The position numbers were made by a program, and so were the translations under genes. Source: Candidatus Heimdallarchaeota archaeon (GTDB lineage Archaea > Asgardarchaeota > Heimdallarchaeia > JABLTI01). Taken from it: a stretch of 32,000 nucleotides of DNA. The stretch covers positions 1-32,000 of the forward strand of contig JAUWKS010000016.1 of assembly GCA_030614005.1 (NCBI GenBank), written 5' to 3'. Below the pieces are notes generated by a model, which was given only the letters and a program-made list of their open reading frames with translations, made no database searches and was not told where the DNA came from. Below, one piece after another: positions 16,237 to 25,891 of the stretch (within the stretch, counting starts at the first letter, position 1; every line of letters begins with the position of its first letter).

Positions 16237-17247
16237 ATGTTTACTCTGGGATTTGTAGGAATTGATAATGCTGGAAAAACCACTATTATTAATATTTTTT
16301 CTAAGCAGAAATTAACAAAAACCATTCCTACAGTTGGAGTAAATCTGGAACAAATCGGTTTTTCTGAAATAGATTTTGAAGTAAATATCCTGGACATGGG
16401 AGGACAAAAGCATTTCAGGTTATTGTGGGTTGACTATCTCAATACTGTTGATGCTATTCTCTACGTCATAGATTCTAGTGATCATGAGCGCTTAGATGAA
16501 ACTATAAACGAATTCAGAAAAATGCTTGTTTTAACTGAAGTTAATGCTGTTCCAATTTTAGTTTTACTTAACAAAACTGATTTGCCTAATTCCATGAATT
16601 CTATGTCTATTGGTGATAAATTATCTGTTTTTCCGGAATTAGCGAATAGAGATTGGAATATCATTGAAACAAGTGCCGTTACAACGAAAGGACTTATTGA
16701 GATGTTCAAGTGGACCTACTCAAAGGTTACCACTAATACCATTGAATTTGATGTTGAGTATAGAGAAAGTGCTGATAAAAAATACTATGCTCCTTGCCCT
16801 CTTTTATTAAAACTTAGTGATGGCAATTATTGTATAAATCATGACGAGTTCATTCAAATAAAATTGGTTCCGCTAGATTCACTCTTTAATACAGATATAC
16901 TCGAAACAGAGGATATTATTAAGGATACAATCGAAGAATTTGATAAAATGGGCGAAAAAGTTTGTTTCAATAGTATATTTGTTTCGGATAACGATGATTT
17001 AATCCACTGTGCAACAGACACAACCGACATTGAAGTTGAAAATGTCAATGCAAGTAAAGAAGAATATATTGATTCCTATAATATGATGCATCTAACTGGT
17101 GGAGTAATTTGTTCAGAATGTTTGTATAAAATACTCTTCTCAGTACTAAAACGTAAAATAAAAGCAGGAATTGAACTGCATAATGATGTAATAGAAAGTG
17201 TTAAGGAAGCCGAACAAAGACGTTCTACCGATTTAAGCAACTGCTAA
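16237..17247 (+). CDS. Arf/Arl-family small GTPase with ~170-aa C-terminal Cys/His-containing extension
   Basis: G1 GIDNAGKTT, G2 PTVG, G3 DMGGQ followed by FR.LW..Y, G4 NKTD, G5 TSAVT. GGTG lies upstream of the ATG, and an in-frame stop at 16180-16182 excludes a longer N-terminus. Confidence 0.9.
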   Translation: MFTLGFVGIDNAGKTTIINIFSKQKLTKTIPTVGVNLEQIGFSEIDFEVNILDMGGQKHFRLLWVDYLNTVDAILYVIDSSDHERLDETINEFRKMLVLTEVNAVPILVLLNKTDLPNSMNSMSIGDKLSVFPELANRDWNIIETSAVTTKGLIEMFKWTYSKVTTNTIEFDVEYRESADKKYYAPCPLLLKLSDGNYCINHDEFIQIKLVPLDSLFNTDILETEDIIKDTIEEFDKMGEKVCFNSIFVSDNDDLIHCATDTTDIEVENVNASKEEYIDSYNMMHLTGGVICSECLYKILFSVLKRKIKAGIELHNDVIESVKEAEQRRSTDLSNC

Positions 17248-17256
17248 TTGTAGTTA

Positions 17257-19143
17257 TCAGCTATGTTTTGAAATGGCGGCATCATACGCTTCTTTGTATT
17301 CCTTGATAATATTTCTCCAACTAAATAATTCAGATATCTCTCTAGCCGTTTTTCTTGCTTCGCAAACTTTTTCCTTTGACAGACTTGAATGTAGTAAAAT
17401 TACATCCGCTAATTTCTCTGCTGCACTTTCTATTGTCTCTCCTCTTCTTTTCAGCACATGTATACCTAATGCTTCAGCACTCGTTTGTTTATTTATGAGT
17501 AGACCAAAACCAGAAAGATCAGTTGTAACAGCAGGCACGCCAAGGGCAAGTGCTTCTAAAGGAGTCAAACCAAAAGGTTCGTAGACCGATGGATAAATGC
17601 CCATATCACACCCAGCAACAGCATCATAATAATCTAATTCAAGAAGATTATCTCGCTTAGATAAATAAGTTGGATAGAAAATGACTTTCACGTTATCGTC
17701 TTCATTATTTAACAGATTTTGTTGAACTAATGTTTGTAAAATAGTATCTTTTTCATTCAGTTTGAATGGGCAAACAGGTGGAGAGCCACTCGCCTCTTTA
17801 CACATATTCTTTATTTCTAGATCTAGATTCAGTAATTGATTTACTTCCTCTTTCTTAAGAAAATTTTTCAATGTTTTTTCTTCTAATTTTTTCTTATCTT
17901 CAGAACTCGAAAGAGATAACCATTCTTCAATTCTACTCATTGGTTCTCGCAGTATTGCTCTCTGACTTTTAGCTATTGCAATAATTTTTTCGACATTGGA
18001 TTTGATTCCAGCAACAGGAGCAGGAACCCAAATGAAAGCTAAAACTTGCCGAAGGTTTTCGGTACTAGTTTGCAATCGCTCATTAACTACTTTCAGCGCT
18101 GCTATGAAGGTATCAATTCCTTTGTTATGAAATTCATATCGTCCGGAAATATGAACTATTAATAAATTCTCAAAATCAAGATGGTAATAAGGACTGAAAT
18201 AAGCTTCCACAAATCGTCTAATCTTCACTCGAGATAATTGGTTTTTCTCTACTAATTCTTCTTTTCGAGCTAATTTTTCAAAATTGATGCCATTTGGTAT
18301 CACAAAATCAGGTTTTCTTCCGAGTATACATTCAGCTTCTCGAGCAACAGCTTCAGAGACTGTGATTAGTAGATCGGCTTCTTTTGCACAAATAACTTCT
18401 AACTGGTGGGTTCCTTCAACATGATATTGATACGCTTTTTGTGGAGGAATTGTTTCTCCTTTTGCCAAAAAATTATCTACTACTTCATTGATATCTTCCT
18501 CACCCATAGCGATATTTCGACCAAGTTGAGTGGCATGAGTCATAAAAACAGTAGCAACTTTCACCTTATTATGTTTCAGATATAACAATCCCGGTCCAGA
18601 AATCCATTCATGAAAGTGAGTGACAATATCTTTATTCTTAAAACGCGAGGCTTCCAACAATTGAGTGATTAACACTCCTGCAGCCCAACCAAAAGCAACC
18701 ATAGGATCAAAAACCTCAGGCATCCATAAAGAATCTATTTGAAACCAATCCCATAAAGAGCGTTTAATAAGATCTATTTTTCTTTCCGCCTTTCCTGTTA
18801 TTAGTGGAACATCCAACAAATATGAAGGATCAACCAAAAAAGTCTCCACGTTCCCACCACCTATCCATCGACCATATTTAACATCAATCCCTTCTGTTCT
18901 CACTTTACTAATTGCTTCATCGAATTCTTTCGGAAGTTCTAATTCTTCGAAATCATTTCGTGCTTTGAATGAATTATAAAGTCCAATTGCAACATAATTT
19001 CCAGGACCCAATAGTCTTTGCATTTCGGCTGCTTTGGATGCAATAACAGTATATATTCCACCGATTTTGTTGGCTATCTCATTTGAAATTTCAAAGACTA
19101 TTTGACATTCATTTTTTTGAGCAGACATAGTTTCACCACTCAT
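17257..19143 (-). CDS. Glycogen synthase, GT3 family
   Basis: FEISNEIANKIGGIYTVI, THFHEW, THATQLGR, SGRYEFHNKGID, VKVIFYPTYL and YPSVYEPFGLTP match GT3 motifs of the yeast/animal-type enzyme. Confidence 0.9.
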   Translation of the reverse strand: MSGETMSAQKNECQIVFEISNEIANKIGGIYTVIASKAAEMQRLLGPGNYVAIGLYNSFKARNDFEELELPKEFDEAISKVRTEGIDVKYGRWIGGGNVETFLVDPSYLLDVPLITGKAERKIDLIKRSLWDWFQIDSLWMPEVFDPMVAFGWAAGVLITQLLEASRFKNKDIVTHFHEWISGPGLLYLKHNKVKVATVFMTHATQLGRNIAMGEEDINEVVDNFLAKGETIPPQKAYQYHVEGTHQLEVICAKEADLLITVSEAVAREAECILGRKPDFVIPNGINFEKLARKEELVEKNQLSRVKIRRFVEAYFSPYYHLDFENLLIVHISGRYEFHNKGIDTFIAALKVVNERLQTSTENLRQVLAFIWVPAPVAGIKSNVEKIIAIAKSQRAILREPMSRIEEWLSLSSSEDKKKLEEKTLKNFLKKEEVNQLLNLDLEIKNMCKEASGSPPVCPFKLNEKDTILQTLVQQNLLNNEDDNVKVIFYPTYLSKRDNLLELDYYDAVAGCDMGIYPSVYEPFGLTPLEALALGVPAVTTDLSGFGLLINKQTSAEALGIHVLKRRGETIESAAEKLADVILLHSSLSKEKVCEARKTAREISELFSWRNIIKEYKEAYDAAISKHS

Positions 19144-19351
19144 AACCGATAAATTGGTTGAGGATACTCCTTAGTAGGCATAGGATATCTTGTTTTAAAA
19201 AGAATTACTACTAGACACATTTCTATGGATTTGAGGCGAGTGTTATTTTGGTTTTTTGGGATAAAATTTTAAGGAGAATATACTAGTTTGTTCACAATTG
19301 CAAATTTAACCTTTGCAAATAAAAAAGAAAACAATTGTTGAGGAACGCAAA

Positions 19352-20689
19352 TTGAATGGTAAAGAAATTGTCCAAAAAGTTCGTCAAAAAATGAAAGATC
19401 ATCATGAATTATTCGCTCGAGCAATTCCTTTGATTGCTTCTGAAAATATTACTAGTAAGGAAGTAAGAGAAGCAACTTTATCTGATTTCAGTCACAGATA
19501 TGCAGAAGGATGGCCCGGAGAGCGTGTTTATGCCGGATGTCAGCATTTAGATGAAGTAGAGTTTATTTGTATGGATCTCGCCAAAGAAGTATTTGGTGCA
19601 AAATTCGCAGATGTGCGCCCAATATCTGGTGTAGTTGCCAACTTAGTTCTTTATTCTGCATTTACAAATCCAGGAGATATCAGTATGTCCATTAGCATTC
19701 CAGCAGGTGGGCACATATCAACTGGCCCATTACATACCAGTAAAGGAAATTATATGGGTGGTACAGCAGGTGCTGTTCGAGGATTAAATGTAAAATACAT
19801 CCCTTTTGATAGAAAGGGTTTAGTCATCGATGTAGAAAAAGCAGAGGAAGCAATAAAAGAATTGAAACCAAAATTACTCCATTTTGGTGCTTCAGTGTTC
19901 TTATTCCCACATCCAGTTAAGCAACTAGCTCCAGTAGCAAAAGATTTGGGAGCAACGGTAACTTATGATGCAGCACATGTTTCAGGATTAATTGCTTGCG
20001 GACATTTCCAAGATCCATTGGCAGAAGGTGCAGAAGCAATGGCTTTTTCGACACATAAAACAATGTTTGGTCCACAGCATGGATGTGTTGTTTCTTCAAA
20101 CGATGATGAAGAATTTACTAATAAGATTAAGAGAGCTACCTTCCCAGGTATGACTAGCAATCATCATTTGCACAATGTTGCAGGATTAGCAATAGCCCTA
20201 GCTGAGATTAAAGAGTTTGGAAAAGAATATGGTGCACAAGTAATTAAAAATGCGCAATCTTTAGCAAAATACCTTGAAACTGAAGGATTTACTGTTGTCG
20301 CTAAAGATAAGGGTTACACAAAATCCCATACTCTACTTGTTGATGTAAGTCCATTACAAGAAAAATCTGGCCTTGGAAAGGATATCGAAGAAGCCCTTGA
20401 AAAAGCAGATATCATTCTTAATAGAAACTTGCTTCCATGGGATATGTTCGAAGGAAGAAACTATCTAAATCCAGGTGGTATTAGAATGGGTACCTCTGAA
20501 ATTACAAGGTTGGGTATGAAGGAATCTGAAATGAAAGAAATTGCAAACTTTATGCGCAGAGTAGTTATTGATCGTGAAGATCCTACGAAAGTTGCTAAAG
20601 ATGTCAATGCTTTCAGAAGTGCATACCAAAAACTTCACTATTGTTTCAGCTCTAATGAAGATGCTTACAAATTCATTGAAATATATTAA
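19352..20689 (+). CDS. glyA: Serine hydroxymethyltransferase, archaeal type
   Basis: LIASEN, YAEGWPGERVYAGC, GGHIS, YDAAHV, PLP motif STHKT and GGIRMGT. Likely TTG start at 19352 with GAGG upstream. Confidence 0.95.
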   Translation: MNGKEIVQKVRQKMKDHHELFARAIPLIASENITSKEVREATLSDFSHRYAEGWPGERVYAGCQHLDEVEFICMDLAKEVFGAKFADVRPISGVVANLVLYSAFTNPGDISMSISIPAGGHISTGPLHTSKGNYMGGTAGAVRGLNVKYIPFDRKGLVIDVEKAEEAIKELKPKLLHFGASVFLFPHPVKQLAPVAKDLGATVTYDAAHVSGLIACGHFQDPLAEGAEAMAFSTHKTMFGPQHGCVVSSNDDEEFTNKIKRATFPGMTSNHHLHNVAGLAIALAEIKEFGKEYGAQVIKNAQSLAKYLETEGFTVVAKDKGYTKSHTLLVDVSPLQEKSGLGKDIEEALEKADIILNRNLLPWDMFEGRNYLNPGGIRMGTSEITRLGMKESEMKEIANFMRRVVIDREDPTKVAKDVNAFRSAYQKLHYCFSSNEDAYKFIEIY

Positions 20690-20915
20690 GCAAAATTAGC
20701 CTATTTTAACAACAATGAGGATTTTTTCCTCTTTCTTCTTTTATTTTACAATAAAACCGTTCTGTAACACCCCTAAAAGGGATTTTAAAAGCGACACAAA
20801 ACGTTTCCTTCAAGAAAAAGTTTAAATTCAAATCCAAACAATAAAAGAACTACTTAGAAATAATCATTTTATACTTTTTATTAGAAACGAGATGCAATAT
20901 TCTGGTGCTAAAGAT

Positions 20916-21152
20916 ATGACCATTAAACGAACTAAATCCGAATTACCACTGGCGCCTATTGAAAGGATGATCAAAGAAACGACTAATTTACTTGTCTCAG
21001 AGAGTGCTTCTCTTGAATTAAGAAAAGTTATCACAGAGATTATTGAAGAGCTCTCTTTAGATGCTGCAGACCTAGCAATTTTTTCAAAAAGAAAAACAAT
21101 CAAAGATAGAGACATCGCTTTAGCTTACAAAAACAGGAAAAAAGTTCGCTGA
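20916..21152 (+). CDS. Archaeal histone (HMf family), divergent
   Basis: ELPLAPIERMIK...VS..A...L......A.DLA...RKTIK..DI.LA aligns without gaps to the HMfB fold. GGTG at 20904-20907 favours the ATG at 20916 over 20892. Confidence 0.9.
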   Translation: MTIKRTKSELPLAPIERMIKETTNLLVSESASLELRKVITEIIEELSLDAADLAIFSKRKTIKDRDIALAYKNRKKVR

Positions 21153-21304
21153 CTGAACTTTTTTATTTCTCTCTTTTTTGTCAACAGTATTTTTCACATA
21201 AAGTTAAGCTTTTAAATAACGATGTATGGATAATAGTAAAACGATAAGAATGAAACATTCATCATCTTATACAATGAGCAAACTCAGAAGTTTACTAAGG
21301 CGAA

Positions 21305-22915
21305 ATGAATATGTCAAAACGAATAACTATCGACGATTTAGTTTTAATTTTCGGTGAAAAATTTTTCCCTCCTGAAATTGATGAAAAAATTTTGATGAAA
21401 CATTTTGAAGTGGGTTCAAATCGTATTATTGGCGAAAAAACAACTGAAAAATTGAAAAAAGTTCTATTAGCAGCCATCGAAGCAGCAAAAGCAGAACAAT
21501 TCAAAGTTCGTGGAGGAGTGATTAATTCTCCATTTGAAAGATTAAAACCCGAAGCTGTTGCATCAACACGACAATCACCAACTTCGCTTAAAGAAAAACC
21601 TATTGAAAAAGAAATTACTAAAGAAGATAAATATGGACTGAGTTCCATTAAATCGGGATTGGTTTCTAAACGAATAGAAAAAAGAGCAAACGGGCAAAAC
21701 GGTTTAGCTAAAAAATCTAAAGTAGATGAGCAAACCAGTAAAACAAAAGGAGATAATTCTGAGCTTCCGTCTGTTGAAGATTTAACAATACTTTCAGGCG
21801 GTCAAATGGTTCGAGAAGGAGATGAATCGATAAAATTAGTGCAAAAAGAAGTTGCCATACGAGAATATCAAGCTCAAAATGAATCTAGAAGCATTCGTTG
21901 GGGCAAGGAATTTACTAAAGATCGAGTAGGAAAAATTCAGGAAATTAATAATCCATCATACATCTTTCACTCAGATTTATGGCAATTTGAGGAAGCACGA
22001 GAAAAAGCTCCACAACATCGATGTGATATCCTCCAACATGTTGTTTTAGATATGTTAGCAAATAACATTAACGTTGTAATGTTGGAGAATGAATCAGAAC
22101 CGTTTTTCGTTGTTGAGGGTTATGGATTATTGGAATCGAAAGATTCACTAAAAGATAAAGTTAGAATACAAGAGCAAATTCAATTAATGATTATCTCAAG
22201 CGAAGCATGGCAAATTGCTTTGAAAAAACCAGAAGCTATGATAAGAGGAGGAGATAGTTCTAGTATGAAAAGAACACACTCAATTGATATGACAAGTGTG
22301 GTTCCTTTAGCAAATATTCGAACTAAAATTGTAGAACTAGATAATAAATTCAAACTTGAGTTTCAGCAACCAGATGGAGTAGTAGAACAATCATTCAATG
22401 CGCTACAAAATCATCGGAAAAATGTTGTCTGGACCTGCGGTGTACCTACAATCAAAAACTTACGAAAAGCGGTCAATGGACATAGGGCACTCATAGAGAA
22501 TCCGCAAAATTCACTAAATCTAGTCATTGTTGGTGCTAAACAAGCATTTCATCCTATGAAAATTAAATTTGACCCTTCAGGTAATTTCACTATTGAAGAA
22601 TTGTACCCCGGTTATTGTAAAAAACACTCGATTTTGTCTGCAGCAGCATTAAAGGATATTTTTGGTTGTATTCCAGCTATCTATGATTCTAGCACTCTTG
22701 GAACACCTGAAAGTGAAGTAGTGAAAATTGCTGAATCTGTTTATCGTAGATTGGGTTATAGTGCGATTGAAACATTATTTGAACCTGGTTATCAGTTAGG
22801 TAAGCCAAGTGATACTGTCCCTATAAGCAAGCTTGACATAATTCTCCCAATAGCAAGTCACGAAATGCAGAAGCAATTGTTTAATAAAGGATTCAACCTA
22901 GACCAAATTATTTAA
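21305..22915 (+). CDS. Hypothetical protein (small N-terminal domain, charged linker, ~350-aa globular alpha/beta region)
   Basis: 536-aa ORF filling the gap between the histone and tiaS genes; no motif recognised. Confidence 0.75.
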   Translation: MNMSKRITIDDLVLIFGEKFFPPEIDEKILMKHFEVGSNRIIGEKTTEKLKKVLLAAIEAAKAEQFKVRGGVINSPFERLKPEAVASTRQSPTSLKEKPIEKEITKEDKYGLSSIKSGLVSKRIEKRANGQNGLAKKSKVDEQTSKTKGDNSELPSVEDLTILSGGQMVREGDESIKLVQKEVAIREYQAQNESRSIRWGKEFTKDRVGKIQEINNPSYIFHSDLWQFEEAREKAPQHRCDILQHVVLDMLANNINVVMLENESEPFFVVEGYGLLESKDSLKDKVRIQEQIQLMIISSEAWQIALKKPEAMIRGGDSSSMKRTHSIDMTSVVPLANIRTKIVELDNKFKLEFQQPDGVVEQSFNALQNHRKNVVWTCGVPTIKNLRKAVNGHRALIENPQNSLNLVIVGAKQAFHPMKIKFDPSGNFTIEELYPGYCKKHSILSAAALKDIFGCIPAIYDSSTLGTPESEVVKIAESVYRRLGYSAIETLFEPGYQLGKPSDTVPISKLDIILPIASHEMQKQLFNKGFNLDQII

Positions 22916-22954
22916 AGAACATCCACTTTTGAGTTCAGTGAGGGTTTGTACATT

Positions 22955-24298
22955 ATGAAAAAAGTGCTACATATTGGATTTGATGATACAGATTCCCTCA
23001 GAGGTTCTTGCACTACACATTTAGCTACTCTTATTATCCATGAGATTTTTGATCAAGTATCATTTCTAGATTTTCCGAATTTGATTAGATTGAACCCAAA
23101 TATTCCTTATAAAACGAGAGGGAATGGCGCAGTTGCTCTTAGAATCGAAGGAGAAGAAAAAAATCTCGAGTATTGCAAAGAAATCGTAATTGAAAAAGTG
23201 AAAAATCTTTCTGAAGTTGATGATGAAAATACAAACCCAGGAATCGCTTTTGTTGAAGATAAAATACCTAAAGAAATTATTGCTCATTCGCAGAGGGCAA
23301 TGTGGGATGTCATCTCAATAAAAGAAGCAGAAGATTTTAGCTCTTTTCCAAATGTTGAGATTATCAAATTCAAATTAGGGAGAGGTATTATTGGTGCTCT
23401 AGGAGCTATTGGAAATCCTTTGAAAGGTGATTTTACTTATGAACATTTGAGTTATCGAGAACCGAAAAATTTCGGTACAAAACGTCTTATCGATAGTGAG
23501 AGTATCTATTCTGCAGATAAGGAAACACCTCTTACTTTCAATAATGTTGATTATGAATACAATTCCATTATGATTCTTCCTAGAGGTGCTGATCCAGTTT
23601 TCACAGGTATCCGGGGGGAAACAGTTGAAGAGGTTAGAAAAGCTTACAGTTTAATTAGACCTTTAGAAAAACTTCCTATGCAAATGGTTTTTCGAACGAA
23701 TCAACATACAAACCAGCACTTTACAGAGAAATTTTCAATAGATAAATTGAAACCTTATATATCCGCCATTGTTGATGCAGAAGTTACAAGTAAACCATTT
23801 TACATTGAAGGAAGTCATCTAATATTCTCTATTGGAGATACTACCGGAAAAATCGATTGTGCTGCTTACGAACCCACAAAACGATTTCGTGGTCAATTAA
23901 GTAAATTGCTTATTGGAGATAAGGTCACTGTTTTTGGAGGAATAAGACCAGCAGAAAAAAATCATCAAATGACAATTAACGTTGAACGTCTAAAAATAAC
24001 TGAACTTGTAAAGAATACTAAATTGGAAAATCCTTTTTGCTCAAATTGCCACGCTCGATTAAAATCAGCAGGAAAAAATAAGGGGTTTAAATGCCCCAAA
24101 TGCTCAACCAAATATCGAGAGTTACTACCAAATGAAATAGAAATCCCAAGAGAATTAAATCTGGGAGAATATCTACCTCCAATGATAGCACAAAGACATT
24201 TAACAAAACCGCAAGTGAGAGAAAATAGAGATAATACTACTACACAAAAACCGATAAAAGATATCAATAGCATTCTAGCTGATTTAGTGAAAAACTAG
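22955..24298 (+). CDS. tiaS: tRNA(Ile2) 2-agmatinylcytidine synthetase
   Basis: IGFDDTDS...CTTH, LIRLNPNIPYKTRGNGAV, GRGIIGALGA, AAYEPT, Zn ribbon CSNC...CPKC and RHLTKP. ATG at 22955 follows GTGAGG. Confidence 0.97.
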   Translation: MKKVLHIGFDDTDSLRGSCTTHLATLIIHEIFDQVSFLDFPNLIRLNPNIPYKTRGNGAVALRIEGEEKNLEYCKEIVIEKVKNLSEVDDENTNPGIAFVEDKIPKEIIAHSQRAMWDVISIKEAEDFSSFPNVEIIKFKLGRGIIGALGAIGNPLKGDFTYEHLSYREPKNFGTKRLIDSESIYSADKETPLTFNNVDYEYNSIMILPRGADPVFTGIRGETVEEVRKAYSLIRPLEKLPMQMVFRTNQHTNQHFTEKFSIDKLKPYISAIVDAEVTSKPFYIEGSHLIFSIGDTTGKIDCAAYEPTKRFRGQLSKLLIGDKVTVFGGIRPAEKNHQMTINVERLKITELVKNTKLENPFCSNCHARLKSAGKNKGFKCPKCSTKYRELLPNEIEIPRELNLGEYLPPMIAQRHLTKPQVRENRDNTTTQKPIKDINSILADLVKN

Positions 24299-24405
24299 CT
24301 AATACTGAATCTGGCGTATTAAAACTATTAATTAATACGGAAAATTTTAATAGTATCTTAAAAGTCTCTCTGTTAGTAACTCTTTAGCAAGAGGAGCATA
24401 AATCT

Positions 24406-24846
24406 ATGATTTCTATTGACAAATATGAATTTGACGAAAATCTGTATTACTATACTAAAGGAGATGGGCACGTGTGGGTAAAGAAACTCGACGATGGAAA
24501 AATACGCGTGGGTTTTGATGACTTTGGTCAACAACTCGCAGGGAAAATCCTATTTGTCAGAACAGTATCTCCTGGAAAAGAAAGACCAAAAGGCAAAAGC
24601 TTGGGAACAATTGAAACTGGTAAATATGTTGGAGCAATTAAATGCCCAGTCAATGGAACTGTTGTCGAGATAAATCCCGCAATAAAAGAAACTCCATCAC
24701 TCATTAACGATGATCCTTACGATAAAGGTTGGATAGCAGTTATTGAACCCAGCAATCTTGAAGAAGATCTAAAAGAAGATTTTGTATTTGGTGAAGCAGA
24801 GCTAAAAGAATGGATGAAAAAAGAAATCGAATCACATGTTAAATAA
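24406..24846 (+). CDS. gcvH: Glycine cleavage H-like lipoyl-carrier protein
   Basis: HVWV, RVGFDDFGQQLAG, lipoyl-Lys motif IETGKYVG, P V.G.V.E.N and INDDPYDKGWI. Confidence 0.85.
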   Translation: MISIDKYEFDENLYYYTKGDGHVWVKKLDDGKIRVGFDDFGQQLAGKILFVRTVSPGKERPKGKSLGTIETGKYVGAIKCPVNGTVVEINPAIKETPSLINDDPYDKGWIAVIEPSNLEEDLKEDFVFGEAELKEWMKKEIESHVK

Positions 24847-24862
24847 GTAATCTAATCCTAAA

Positions 24863-24902
24863 TTCTTTTTTCCTTTCCTCTTTTTCACTTTTTATTCTTT
24901 TT
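24863..24902 (+). terminator. Pyrimidine/T-rich terminator tract after gcvH-like gene
   Basis: Several oligo-T runs within 60 nt of the stop codon. Confidence 0.45.
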
Positions 24903-24998
24903 CCAATTATGGTTCTTTGACATAATAGTTTTAAATAGAATGCTATAGTACATTGTTGTTTATTTTAAACTAAACAGATACGCGAGGAAATAATACCG

Positions 24999-25886
24999 AT
25001 GGAATTCGCACCAATTATTGAAAAGGTTGCATTCAACTTAATGAAATATTCCGCTACTGTTTTACCTGATAATGCTATCAAAGCAATCAAAACTGCTTAT
25101 GAAAAAGAGAAAAGCACTACTGGCAAAGCACAGCTGGGAGCAATCATTAAGAATTTTGAATCTGGAGCCGAAAAGAGTACTCCAATGTGTCAAGATACTG
25201 GTATCCATATTTACTATGTTGAAATTGGAGCAGATTGCCCAATTGATGACCTTGGAAAATTCAGGGAAGCATTGACAAATGCTTCTAGAAAAACCACAAC
25301 AGAAGTACCGATGAGACCAAATGCTGTTGACCCTTTTGGCAGCAATTCTGGGGATAACACAGGAAGATATATCCCTTGGATTAACTGGGAAATCGTTTCA
25401 GGAGATAAAATCAAAATCACTGCCTTTCCAAAAGGTGGTGGAAGTGAAAATATGAGCACAGTAAAAATGCTCAAACCTGGTGTTGGACTCACTGGTGTTA
25501 TGAAAGAAGTGGTTGATTGGATGATCAGTGCTGGTGGTCAACCATGCCCACCAACTGTTGTAGGTGTTGCAATAGGAGGAGGAGCAGATATAGCAATCAA
25601 AATAGCTAAGAAGCAACTAATGAGACCAATAGGTGAACCACATCCACAAAAAGAAGTTGCAGAAATGGAACAGAAACTATTGAAAGCGATTAACACAACA
25701 GGAATTGGTCCAATGGGACTTGGTGGAAATATAACCTCATTAGCAGTTCATATGGATTATGCAATGAGACATCCCGCATCTTTACCCATGGCAATTGCTG
25801 TACAATGTTGGGCTGCAAGACAGTCAGCAGCTGAAATAAGCGCAGATGGCAAGGTAAAATACCTTCATCATGACATTAAGGATTGA
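24999..25886 (+). CDS. Class I (Fe-S) fumarate hydratase / tartrate dehydratase alpha subunit
   Basis: PMCQDTG, KGGGSEN, GQPCPP, GIGPMGLGG and QCWAAR, carrying the three Fe-S cysteines. Confidence 0.92.
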   Translation: MEFAPIIEKVAFNLMKYSATVLPDNAIKAIKTAYEKEKSTTGKAQLGAIIKNFESGAEKSTPMCQDTGIHIYYVEIGADCPIDDLGKFREALTNASRKTTTEVPMRPNAVDPFGSNSGDNTGRYIPWINWEIVSGDKIKITAFPKGGGSENMSTVKMLKPGVGLTGVMKEVVDWMISAGGQPCPPTVVGVAIGGGADIAIKIAKKQLMRPIGEPHPQKEVAEMEQKLLKAINTTGIGPMGLGGNITSLAVHMDYAMRHPASLPMAIAVQCWAARQSAAEISADGKVKYLHHDIKD

Positions 25887-25891
25887 GGAAA

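Noticed and set aside
17230-17247. C-terminal Cys of the Arf-like protein (DLSNC) as a prenylation signal
   Set aside because: A single terminal Cys is not CaaX, CC or CxC, and no prenyltransferase evidence is present in the window.
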